57,272 nucleotides of DNA from assembly GCA_040902285.1 (NCBI GenBank), contig JBBDXP010000015.1, forward strand, positions 4,128 to 61,399. Reading direction: 5' to 3'. The position numbers were made by a program, and so were the translations under genes. The DNA is from Candidatus Spechtbacterales bacterium. GTDB lineage: Bacteria; Patescibacteriota; Minisyncoccia; Spechtbacterales; 2-12-FULL-38-22. The notes beneath the pieces are model-generated. The model worked only from the letters and a program-made list of their open reading frames with translations, made no database searches and was not told the DNA's origin. Below, one piece after another: positions 46,780 through 55,774 of the stretch (positions are counted from its first letter, which is position 1; the number at the start of each line of letters is the position of its first letter).

Positions 46780-47220
46780 GTGAAAAAGAAAAGAAAAAAT
46801 TTATCATCCACGGGAAATTTTTCCATACAAAACGCGATTTCAATTCTTCAGGGCAGTATTCTTTACCAGTTACTTATGGCCTTACTTGCTCTTTTGAGCG
46901 GTGGCATGCTTCTTTATGAGTTTTTCGGCAACAATGTGTCGGAGGAAACAATATCCCTTATGGATAAATTGGACCTGTCTATTGCCTATGTGTTTTTGAC
47001 AGATTTTTGTGTCAGCGTTTTATTTGCCGGCAAAAAGTTATTATATATAAAACAAAACTGGCTGGATCTTATCAGCTCTATTCCGCTTTCCGATGGACTA
47101 TTCAGGGTTTTACGAATAGCGCGTTTTATAAGATTGGTCCGGCTTTTGCGTGTTGCCAATACCGGACTTAACATAGAAGATAGTATTAAAGATATATACA
47201 AAAACAGAAAAGACCACTAA
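46780..47220 (+). CDS. Stand-alone voltage-sensor-like (Ion_trans S1-S4) protein
   Basis: S2 D..F..D, S3 NWLDLISSIP, S4 FRVLRIARFIRLVRLLR; no pore helices; terminator at 47221-47250. Confidence 0.75.
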   Translation: MKKKRKNLSSTGNFSIQNAISILQGSILYQLLMALLALLSGGMLLYEFFGNNVSEETISLMDKLDLSIAYVFLTDFCVSVLFAGKKLLYIKQNWLDLISSIPLSDGLFRVLRIARFIRLVRLLRVANTGLNIEDSIKDIYKNRKDH

Positions 47221-47272
47221 ATTAAAACCCGCCAAAGGCGGGTTTTAATTTAGTGGTCTGCATTTCGCTATT

Positions 47273-47872
47273 CTACGGAAGATCTACCGGATTATTGTCC
47301 GGAACATCACCCATCATGTTGATATTTTGCCTTACCTCCTCCGCACGGGAAGAGTTTTGCTCTGAAAGCGCTTCCAGTGCCGCTTCTTGTCCTTGCTGTG
47401 AAGAGACCATTGCTCTTTCTATCGCGGAATGCGCTTGTTCGGGAACATGTCCCAAAACATCTTCTAAAACCTCCATATGCTTAAGAGTGGCTTCGGCAAC
47501 TCGCGCTTGAACATTTTCACTTGCGTTTTGAGCCCTTTCAACCGCCGCGGCAAAATGCTGCTGATAAAGCTCCATGGCTTTTATAAATCCCGCTACATCC
47601 TTCGCGCCCATTTCCCTGCTCATTCTTGTATTTCTATCCTCCAGTTCGTGGGCCTCGGAAAGCCGTTCTTCAGCGCGTTCCAAATATTTTTGCGCTTTTG
47701 CGTCATTGCTAAAGGCAAAAAAAGTGGCCATGCCCTCACCCCACTGGTCCAAAAAGAACCAAAAGCTGTCGGGCGTTATACCTGCCTCGGGAAATCCTTC
47801 GACATGGGCTGATGCGCCGACGACACTTAGCGCCAAACCGAGAACTACTGTAAAAACTAAAAGTTTTTTCAT
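47273..47872 (-). CDS. Secreted helical protein (DUF5667-like)
   Basis: Signal peptide, AGITPDS.W.FLD..GE, AEERLSEA. Confidence 0.75.
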   Translation of the reverse strand: MKKLLVFTVVLGLALSVVGASAHVEGFPEAGITPDSFWFFLDQWGEGMATFFAFSNDAKAQKYLERAEERLSEAHELEDRNTRMSREMGAKDVAGFIKAMELYQQHFAAAVERAQNASENVQARVAEATLKHMEVLEDVLGHVPEQAHSAIERAMVSSQQGQEAALEALSEQNSSRAEEVRQNINMMGDVPDNNPVDLP

Positions 47873-47994
47873 TTTAAATCTGTTTTATTTCTAAAAACGA
47901 CCTTTATAGATTTAATACCAATTAATCCTTACATGCATTATACCAAATATAGACAAGGTCCGGCACTCCAATATCAACAATGCAGTATAAAAAT

Positions 47995-48250
47995 TCATAT
48001 TCCCTCGTAGCCGGGGAAAAAGTCCGTTTTTATACTTTGTTTTTTAATTCCCGTATCTAACAATAATTTTTCTGTTGCGTGTACCATCGGAGAAGGTCCT
48101 GATACATAAAATACTGCGTCCTCGTAGTTGTTTATATTTCGCACAATATTATTCTTGTTTATGGGGCCGACAATATATTTTGTTTTTACGCCAAATTCCT
48201 TAGCAGATTCAAATATCTCCTTAAACACAAACTCATCTTTTTTATTTTTG
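47995..48250 (-). pseudogene. 5'-truncated fragment of an FNR-like FAD/NAD(P) oxidoreductase
   Basis: Only C-terminal NAD-binding part (FVFKEIF...FYVSGPSPMV...IKTDFFPGY); FAD domain absent. Confidence 0.65.
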
Positions 48251-48299
48251 TCTATTCGTATCTCAAAGCTTTTGCAGAGGGGTCAAGGCGCAAAAAAAA

Positions 48300-48556
48300 T
48301 TATTTTTTGTCTATTTTTTTCCAAAGCCAGATAATAGCCAAAATTCCTACTACCAACCAAACCAACCAGGTGGCAAAAAATAAAATTCCAAGTCCCCATC
48401 CGGCCATCATTTCTCCTCCGCCTGTCCCATGCCAGTCCAACATGTGCATGTAGTAATCACCGCCTGTGTTCATGTAATAATCCTTCCCGTGTGCGCTAAA
48501 CCGCTAATGGGCAACAGCGCCAATAAGGTTAACAAAGAAACAAATAATTTTTTCAT
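48300..48556 (-). pseudogene. His/Met-rich small membrane protein gene with a 1-bp frameshift near 48483
   Basis: 257 bp (one short of 86 codons); signal peptide frame MKKLF...AHTG stops early and the C-terminal frame DYYMNTGG...WKKIDKK is offset. Confidence 0.6.
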
Positions 48557-48595
48557 ATTTCTATAAGTTATTTTATCTTAATTCTATTATAGCCC

Positions 48596-49579
48596 CTAAA
48601 CTCCGCACGAACCACCTCCGCCAGATGTTATCGGTTCAACTTCCCGCGCTATTTGCGCGTATCCTTGTGCGCTGGAATATAAAGACCCCAGTACTTCTTT
48701 TGCGTCTACATCGTCCCAGTAAACACCTCTTTGAGCAAAGTATTTTCCTATTGTCATGTATGTATCCGGAAACCAGAATGAATTCACACCCAGCGCCGTA
48801 TCATACATTTGTTGTTCTGTCGCGCCCCCGGCGGCCATTAATTCCAGAAGCCCGAGCATTGCCATGCCGTGGTTGCAATCGGGAAAGTATACAGAATTAC
48901 CGCAACACGGGCGATATATGTTTTTAGCAACCTCTTCAACCAGTTTTTGTTCTCCTTCTGTCAGTGTTACAAAATCATGCGTGTTGTAATGGTCCATAGC
49001 ATTGCCTTTTGCCAAGCTCCACCCACCCGTGGAGGCGAACCTCCCCGCATCTCCCCCATACTTTTCATCTGTCATCGGGCCTTCCTCCAATATTCTGTTT
49101 TTATTGGCCAAACCGAAAGCCCAAAGCAGATTAAGAATGAAATTCGCGTTTGCCGAATTTATAACTATCTCGGCATTCTTGTCTTCTTCCAGGAGTTTTT
49201 TTTCATATTCGGCAAGGCCTTCTCTTTCTTCATACAAAGAATAAAATTTATCTTCGTCTATAACCCCAGTTTCGACAAGTTTTTTGCCAAGATCCTCCCA
49301 ATTCGCGAGAATTGTTATTCCCTGCGCGGGCGTTACCGCTTCAGCAAGCCCGCTTTCTATCTGCTCCGCTTTTATTTTTAGCATTTCAGGATTTTTGACT
49401 AACCGTAATCCAGAAGAAGTTTTAATAAGTATCCATTTTGGTTTAAAAGAAAAACTTATGTAAAACACTTGGCTAAAAATCAAAAGCACCGCAAGTAAAA
49501 CCGCGATGCCGGGCAGGAGTGATGCCCCGCCCTTATTTTGAGAACTGTTATTTTTTAAGCTTTTTTTAATTTCCTCCAT
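48596..49579 (-). CDS. Membrane-anchored Cys-motif protein (putative metal/thiol binding)
   Basis: YRPCCGNSVYFPDCNHGMA and C-terminal GGGSCGV. Confidence 0.75.
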   Translation of the reverse strand: MEEIKKSLKNNSSQNKGGASLLPGIAVLLAVLLIFSQVFYISFSFKPKWILIKTSSGLRLVKNPEMLKIKAEQIESGLAEAVTPAQGITILANWEDLGKKLVETGVIDEDKFYSLYEEREGLAEYEKKLLEEDKNAEIVINSANANFILNLLWAFGLANKNRILEEGPMTDEKYGGDAGRFASTGGWSLAKGNAMDHYNTHDFVTLTEGEQKLVEEVAKNIYRPCCGNSVYFPDCNHGMAMLGLLELMAAGGATEQQMYDTALGVNSFWFPDTYMTIGKYFAQRGVYWDDVDAKEVLGSLYSSAQGYAQIAREVEPITSGGGGSCGV

Positions 49580-50447
49580 GTTTTTTATTTCCGGACCTTT
49601 TTGCTTTTATCGTAAAAAACAAAAAGAGTCCCGCTATGGCCAAGGCCCAGATAAATTCCGGGACCAGCATTAATTTTTCAAGAAGTGACTGCGACTTTTC
49701 ATTGAGCCAATTTCCAATGTTTACCTGCACCTCAGGCGCCCAGAATGTATTATCGCTTAGCGCCATAAAAACAAGCACAAGGCCCATTGCCAAAAATATG
49801 AAAGCCGATACAAGGTTGGTGGTATGCACGGTTGTCTTTTTGAATCCCCAATTTATACCAACCAATTTTCCCTTTATCAACTTCATATTTTCTAGTTTGA
49901 ATGAGTCGTAAAAATAAGCTGCGATAAAAAGCGGAAACACCATTCCAAACGCATAAGCAAACACCACTATAAGCGCCTTCCAAAAAACGCCTGATATTAC
50001 GGCTAATGTCATAGCTCCCGCAAGAACCGGAGCACAACATGATGTCGCGGCACCCGAAAGCAAACCCAGTCCAAATACCGATTTTGAACTCATGCCCAGT
50101 CCCGATACAGCCGGATGTCTGTTCTTTAACCCGGGAAACAAAGGAATGGATTTTCCCAAAATAGCCATTACGCCCAATACCATCATAAATATGCCCCCTA
50201 TCAGATACATTTCCTTATGGAAATCCCTGAAAAATCCGGCAAGCCAGGCGGCTCCAAGGCCTATGGGAATAAGAATAGCCGCGATTCCCGCAAAAAACAC
50301 CAGAGTCATTCTTATTATCTTGGTCTTCTTTTTAAATACCGATGCCATGTATGCCGGAAATATAAATCCGATACAGCAGGGCGCGAATAACGCGACCATA
50401 CCCGCGATAAAAGACGCTATTATAGAAGCTCCTAAAATCACATCCAT
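49566..50447 (-). CDS. CcdA/DsbD-TM family thiol-disulfide transporter
   Basis: ALFAPCC...PAY and ATSCCAPVL; multiple TM. Confidence 0.85.
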   Translation of the reverse strand: MDVILGASIIASFIAGMVALFAPCCIGFIFPAYMASVFKKKTKIIRMTLVFFAGIAAILIPIGLGAAWLAGFFRDFHKEMYLIGGIFMMVLGVMAILGKSIPLFPGLKNRHPAVSGLGMSSKSVFGLGLLSGAATSCCAPVLAGAMTLAVISGVFWKALIVVFAYAFGMVFPLFIAAYFYDSFKLENMKLIKGKLVGINWGFKKTTVHTTNLVSAFIFLAMGLVLVFMALSDNTFWAPEVQVNIGNWLNEKSQSLLEKLMLVPEFIWALAIAGLFLFFTIKAKRSGNKKHGGN

Positions 50448-50448
50448 A

Positions 50449-50997
50449 TTATCTTGTCACAACTGCCTCAAACGAAAGTTCCATTCTTGGCGATTGTGTT
50501 GAATTAGTTTCAAGATATACAACCCTTTGCGCTAATCCAACGCCCGCGGGCCCATGCGCGGCAGGATTAAAAACAGCTTTTACCGCAGCTGTGTCTCCCG
50601 GATTAATAACCACATTGGCAGAAGATGTTCCCAAATGCCCGGGCATTACAAATTTCCCGTATTCTTTGCCCCCCGCGTCATAAATATAGGCATCTGTACA
50701 CGCACAGGAAGTATAGGCCTTTGTTATTATAACGGGTTCTTCTCCGTTGTTTTTTACTTCGAATGAGTGTTCCACTTTTCCGTCTTTCATATTTATCGTA
50801 CCGAAATCAAAACTGCTGTGCGTAGCCAAGAGAACGCTGTCGGAATATTCGAGTATAACTGTTTCCTCTTCTTCGCTTATCACGACTAGTCCGGCAAGCG
50901 AACCGATAAAAAGGGCTATGCCTGCTACAAGTAGTAAATTTCTTTTTTTGTTTTTCATTTTAAATAAAAACGCCTGCTTATATTTGAGCAGGCGCAT
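50449..50997 (-). CDS. DUF1573-like Ig-fold membrane-anchored protein
   Basis: FDFGTI, F.VKN.GEEPV.I...YTSCACT. Confidence 0.8.
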   Translation of the reverse strand: MRLLKYKQAFLFKMKNKKRNLLLVAGIALFIGSLAGLVVISEEEETVILEYSDSVLLATHSSFDFGTINMKDGKVEHSFEVKNNGEEPVIITKAYTSCACTDAYIYDAGGKEYGKFVMPGHLGTSSANVVINPGDTAAVKAVFNPAAHGPAGVGLAQRVVYLETNSTQSPRMELSFEAVVTR

Positions 50998-51018
50998 AAT
51001 TAACTAATAAACTCCCGT

Positions 51019-51471
51019 TTAGACGGGTAAAAAACCATGCGCCTCGTATGTCAAACCGTCAGCATCAGAATTGCGCGCATTTCTTATTTGGTTTAAAAAA
51101 TCTAAAAGTGGCGCAAAGGCCTGCTCGTTTAATTTATTATAGTTTTTTGTTGTTATATTAATAATACTTATCTTTTGCTCTGTGCCAGCACGAAAACACC
51201 GATATAAAAACCTGTCGAAAAAGTACGCAAGGCCGGCCAAGGCACTCAAAACACCTATAGTGATAACGGCCTGCGAAAACGCTTTAACTGAATTCACGTG
51301 ATGAAATACCAATCCAAACATTCCCGTATCAGGACAATCCGGAGAATTGGAAATATAAAATGGACAAGGCATGTGCATATCATGTTCCATATTGCCGACT
51401 ATAAAAAAGCCAAAAAAAGTTATGGATAAAAATACAAATAGAACAGAAATTGTTATTGTTTTGCGGTTCAT
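51019..51471 (-). CDS. Hypothetical membrane protein with His/Met/Cys motif
   Basis: MEHDMHMPCPF...DC...FHH. Confidence 0.65.
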   Translation of the reverse strand: MNRKTITISVLFVFLSITFFGFFIVGNMEHDMHMPCPFYISNSPDCPDTGMFGLVFHHVNSVKAFSQAVITIGVLSALAGLAYFFDRFLYRCFRAGTEQKISIINITTKNYNKLNEQAFAPLLDFLNQIRNARNSDADGLTYEAHGFLPV

Positions 51472-51476
51472 TATAA

Positions 51477-53528
51477 TTACATTGCCTTTTTTAATAGTGT
51501 AGCATTAAAAGCGACAATAATAGTGCTTAAAGACATAAATACGGCGCCGACAGCAGGACTTAAAACTATTCCCGCCCAATACAGAGCACCGGCGGCGGCG
51601 GGCAGGGCAAAAATATTATATCCGGCCGCCCACCATAAGTTTTGCAGCATTTTTGTGTAAGTTTTACGGGAAAGATCCATAATTTTTACTATATCCATAG
51701 GATTGCTTTTCACTAAAATTATATCTCCCGCCTCCATGGCAACATCTGTTCCCGCGCCAATGGCAATGCCCACATCCGCGACAGCAAGAGCGGGCGCATC
51801 GTTAACGCCGTCCCCTACCATGGCTACTCTATATCCTTTCTTTTGCACTTCCTTTATTCTTTCGGCTTTTTGTTCCGGCAATACTTCGGCAAAATAATCT
51901 TCAATTCCGATTTCCTTGGCCACTCTTTCTGCTACAGCTTCGTTGTCCCCTGTCAGCATTATAGTTTTGATGCCCATTTCTTTCAGTTGTGAAATTGCCT
52001 TTTTTGATTCGGGCCTTATTTCGTCATCTAACGCGATTATCCCCAAGGGGATATCATCCGCAAAAACTACAACCGACGTTTTACCCTGTTTTGAAAAATC
52101 TGATACTGCCTTATGCCTGTTCACAAAAGCGTTTAATTCAACGGCCGCTCTTAAACTTAAAACTTTTATATTTTTCCCTTCCACCGTGCCTTCGGCTCCT
52201 TTCCCGGGAATTTGCCTGAAATTCTTTACTTCTTTTTTGTTTTCAGCCGCTTCAACGACCGCCTTTGATATTGGATGAGCTGAATGCGCGTCCACAGAAG
52301 CCGCGTAATTTAAAATAACTTTTGGGTCAACGCCGTCAAAACCCTTAACATCGGATACTTTAAATTCTCCTCGGGTCAAAGTTCCTGTTTTATCCAATAT
52401 TATCGCGTTTATATTGCGCGCGTTTTCAAACGCTGTCCTGTTTCTTATAAGTAAGCCGTTCTTTGCCGCAATTCCCGTAGAAAAAACAACAACCAACGGT
52501 ATTGCTAGCCCGAGCGCGTGCGGACAGGCAATCACTATAACGGCAATCGTGCGCTCTAGCGCGAAGGCAAAATCCTGCGATGTTAAAAATATCCATGCAA
52601 AGAGGGTCATGACGCCCCCGGCTAATGCCACAACAGTCAACAATACCGCCGCCTTATTGGCCAAGTCCTGTGTTTTTGATTTGTCCTCCTGCGCGCGCCG
52701 GACAAGTTCGCTTATCTGTGAAAGGTAGGTATCTTTGCCCAGTTTTTTAATCTCCACCGTCAAAGAACCGTCACCGTTAACAGCACCCCCTATAACCTTG
52801 CTGCCTTTTTCTTTTTCAATCAGCTTTGTTTCGCCCGTAAGCATGGATTCGTTAACATCCGACATGCCCTCGACAACAATACCATCCACCGGTATTTTTT
52901 CTCCGGGCTTTACAAGCACCATGTCTCCGACAACAAGTTCTCCCAAAGGAATATCTTCGGTTTTGCCGCCCTTTAATCTATGGGCAGTTGCCGGCATAAG
53001 TTTGGCTAATTCCTCAAGCGCACGAGACGCTCCAAGCACCGAGCGCATTTCTATCCAGTGTCCCAAAAGCATTATGTCAACCAGGGTTACCAATTCCCAC
53101 AAAAGCGGTTTTCCTTCAAGTCCAAATACCACAGCCGCGCTATATGCGTATGCGGTAGTAATAGCAACCGCAACCAATGTCATCATTCCGGGAGATTTTG
53201 CTTTTAACTCATCCCAAAGGCCGGATAAAAACGGTTTTCCTCCGTAAAAATAAATTACAGTCGCTAAAAAAAGTGAAAAATAATTACTTCCCTCAAAAGT
53301 AATATCTATATTTAAAAGACCCTGTATGGAGGGTGCAAAAAATAAAACCGGCAGGGATAATAATGCGGAAACCCAAAATCTGCGCCTAAAATCGGCCACC
53401 ATTCCGGAATGGTGGCTTACATGGTCATGGTGTTCTTCGTTGTGGTTCTGGCCTTCCATGTGGCCCTTATGTTCCGTTTCCATTTTATGCTCTATTTTTT
53501 TGCCTTCTGGTTCGCAACAATGTGACAT
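51477..53528 (-). CDS. copB: Copper-translocating P1B-type ATPase (CopB/P1B-3-like)
   Basis: His-rich N-terminus, CPH, DKTGTLT, HP, GDGVNDAPALA, GYN, MSLST. Confidence 0.92.
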   Translation of the reverse strand: MSHCCEPEGKKIEHKMETEHKGHMEGQNHNEEHHDHVSHHSGMVADFRRRFWVSALLSLPVLFFAPSIQGLLNIDITFEGSNYFSLFLATVIYFYGGKPFLSGLWDELKAKSPGMMTLVAVAITTAYAYSAAVVFGLEGKPLLWELVTLVDIMLLGHWIEMRSVLGASRALEELAKLMPATAHRLKGGKTEDIPLGELVVGDMVLVKPGEKIPVDGIVVEGMSDVNESMLTGETKLIEKEKGSKVIGGAVNGDGSLTVEIKKLGKDTYLSQISELVRRAQEDKSKTQDLANKAAVLLTVVALAGGVMTLFAWIFLTSQDFAFALERTIAVIVIACPHALGLAIPLVVVFSTGIAAKNGLLIRNRTAFENARNINAIILDKTGTLTRGEFKVSDVKGFDGVDPKVILNYAASVDAHSAHPISKAVVEAAENKKEVKNFRQIPGKGAEGTVEGKNIKVLSLRAAVELNAFVNRHKAVSDFSKQGKTSVVVFADDIPLGIIALDDEIRPESKKAISQLKEMGIKTIMLTGDNEAVAERVAKEIGIEDYFAEVLPEQKAERIKEVQKKGYRVAMVGDGVNDAPALAVADVGIAIGAGTDVAMEAGDIILVKSNPMDIVKIMDLSRKTYTKMLQNLWWAAGYNIFALPAAAGALYWAGIVLSPAVGAVFMSLSTIIVAFNATLLKKAM

Positions 53529-53537
53529 GTGGTAATT

Positions 53538-53810
53538 TTATTTATTTTTTTGAGACAATTTGTATACTTTCAATACTTCCTCTGTCGCCTTTTTTGTCTT
53601 GCCGCTTTTCATTTGCCAGGCGACATGCGTTTCCAGATGATTTTTTAACAACAACCCCTCAACTTCGGTAAGCGCTTTTTTAATGGCGGTTGACTGCGTA
53701 ATTATATCCACACAGTATTTTTCATTCTCCACCATTTTTTGAACACCGCGAACCTGTCCTTCTATTTTCTTAAGGCGATTTGTGATAATTTTTTTTATTT
53801 CCGATTTCAT
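53538..53810 (-). CDS. csoR: CsoR/RcnR family metal-sensing repressor
   Basis: RLKKIEGQVRGVQKMVE...YCVDII.Q..A, HLETH. Confidence 0.92.
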   Translation of the reverse strand: MKSEIKKIITNRLKKIEGQVRGVQKMVENEKYCVDIITQSTAIKKALTEVEGLLLKNHLETHVAWQMKSGKTKKATEEVLKVYKLSQKNK

Positions 53811-53817
53811 CTATTTC

Positions 53818-53845
53818 ATTATACCCCCGGGGGGTATAATGTCAA
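53818..53845 (-). promoter_or_regulatory. csoR promoter with CsoR-type G/C-tract operator
   Basis: TTGACA - 16 bp - TATAAT on minus; TATACCCCC-G-GGGGGTATA at 53820-53838; -10 only 7 nt from ATG (leaderless-like). Confidence 0.85.
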
Positions 53846-53866
53846 TAACTTTTTATCGATGTGCTT

Positions 53867-54109
53867 TTATTTTATCGCAACAAGTGCCAATAGTATCCAG
53901 ACAGCCACAATTAAAAGCAACGCCTCTTCTGCGCGTAGAGAAATTTTTAAAATTTTATACAACAGGGTTTCTTTCTTCCCCATTCTGTCCATTATAAAAA
54001 CAAAAATGCCGGTAACTAAAATTGCCCCTATTATTTGCGGAGCCAGCGTTAGCGCTACAAACGCCCCGCATTCAAAAGGTCCCGCACAATCTAAAATATT
54101 CAGTCCCAT
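53867..54109 (-). CDS. Small membrane protein
   Basis: Two TM segments; N-terminal CAGPFEC. Confidence 0.55.
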   Translation of the reverse strand: MGLNILDCAGPFECGAFVALTLAPQIIGAILVTGIFVFIMDRMGKKETLLYKILKISLRAEEALLLIVAVWILLALVAIK

Positions 54110-54166
54110 TTTTTAATGCCTATAGAAAGTCAAGTAAATACGATAAAAAATTAGTGAGAAGGTTTT

Positions 54167-55291
54167 TTATTCAGCACCGTTTGTTGTGTGCGTGCTGATT
54201 TCGCGTATTTGTCGTTCAATTAGAAAAGCAAAGATAATGGAAATTGCCAAAACAAGTGCGTAAATAAATAACATTTTTAACAAAGAATAATTCGCCGTGA
54301 TGTGGTGCGCAAAAAACGCAAAAAACCACGAGCCCAGAGCAATGGCACCCATAACAAATATGGGTTTTCGCATGGCCCCAAGCAGAGACGAATGCTCCTG
54401 AGATTCTTTTTTCTTTTCTTCTCCAAAAGGAACCATGGAAAATAAGGGCGCAAAAATTACCATAATTATCGCTCCGCTTACCCCCATAATTAAAATGGAT
54501 GTCATTTTCGTCAAAAACACGCCGTCTTGAGACAAAACCTGTGAGTTTGACACATACACAGCCAACTGGCTAATCAACAAAAGCGCAAAACCCGTCCAGA
54601 TAAGTTCAGCGATATTTTTAATTACACTCATTTCATCATCGCCTATTCTAAAATCTTGCAAAAATTTAAAAAACAAAAATACCGCCGCAACAGTACCGCC
54701 CATTCCGAGTATAAATCCCAAGGACGCTATGGCGTTTAACAGGGGCTGTATGTCTATTAAAATTTCCAGAACACGATCGATACTTATAAGGGAAGCGATA
54801 AATATACTTAACGATAGAAAAGCTACCAAAAGGCACCAAATGCAAAACTTGCGCAGCAAAACTGCCTGCACAAACAATAAATACGACGACATCCCCGCTG
54901 CCGCCATCGTCAGTAAAACTATTAACGCAACCGCCCACCAGGGTAAAAGTTCATACGCAAAAATAAGCAGTATATAAGAAAAAAATATGGTAGCAAAATA
55001 AAACATTCCCAAGTATTCCAATTTAATGCTCATAAACTTGGAATACTTACTGGATACCACAGCATTGCAATCGCTTCCGGACGGACAAACTAGCATTCCT
55101 CCGCCTTTTTTGGTGCGATAAATATAATAAGAAACTCCAAAGCCCGCCAACGCGGCTGCCGCTATAAACGCGTAAAAACCCAGACGGCCCGGATGCAAAA
55201 CAGCGAAGAAAAACCCGCTGGCACCTACAACCATAAGGCTAAAATATAAACAAATGCTTTTTTGAAAAATTAAACCGGTTATTTTCCCCAT
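54167..55291 (-). CDS. Vitamin K epoxide reductase (VKOR) family protein with extra TM domain
   Basis: CP.GSDC..V..SKYS and FCIWC. Confidence 0.88.
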   Translation of the reverse strand: MGKITGLIFQKSICLYFSLMVVGASGFFFAVLHPGRLGFYAFIAAAALAGFGVSYYIYRTKKGGGMLVCPSGSDCNAVVSSKYSKFMSIKLEYLGMFYFATIFFSYILLIFAYELLPWWAVALIVLLTMAAAGMSSYLLFVQAVLLRKFCIWCLLVAFLSLSIFIASLISIDRVLEILIDIQPLLNAIASLGFILGMGGTVAAVFLFFKFLQDFRIGDDEMSVIKNIAELIWTGFALLLISQLAVYVSNSQVLSQDGVFLTKMTSILIMGVSGAIIMVIFAPLFSMVPFGEEKKKESQEHSSLLGAMRKPIFVMGAIALGSWFFAFFAHHITANYSLLKMLFIYALVLAISIIFAFLIERQIREISTHTTNGAE

Positions 55292-55394
55292 AAATAAAAC
55301 CTTGATCTGATAACACTTATTCTACCATGTTTTAGATCCGCGGATAAATAATAAAAACCCACTGTTTTGTGGGTTTTGAAAACTAATCTTGATC

Positions 55395-55622
55395 CTAATA
55401 TAAATCTTCGTGGTGAATATAACTTACGCCTTCAACCATCATTTCAGCCAATCTTGTTTTTTCTTTGGGCATCCTGCCGATTAATATCACACGGATACTC
55501 GGGTCTCCAATAATCTCCATATAGCCGAATTCTTCATCATATTCAAAACCTAAATGGGACAATTCTTCAATTATTTCGTTGATATTATCAAAAGTTTTAA
55601 GCGCAACCGTTACGTTTACCAT
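55395..55622 (-). CDS. Orphan small acidic protein
   Basis: GAGG SD, 75 aa, terminator at about 55354-55378. Confidence 0.55.
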   Translation of the reverse strand: MVNVTVALKTFDNINEIIEELSHLGFEYDEEFGYMEIIGDPSIRVILIGRMPKEKTRLAEMMVEGVSYIHHEDLY

Positions 55623-55774
55623 CACACACATCCTCTAAAGTACCACTCTTACTGTACATAAAATATTATTTTCTTTCAAGAATCCATTCTAAATTTTAAA
55701 CGTATTAATTTGTTATTGTAAATGCCTCACACACGTTTATAAATCAAATAAAAAAAAGTGCTTTCATCTAAAAT

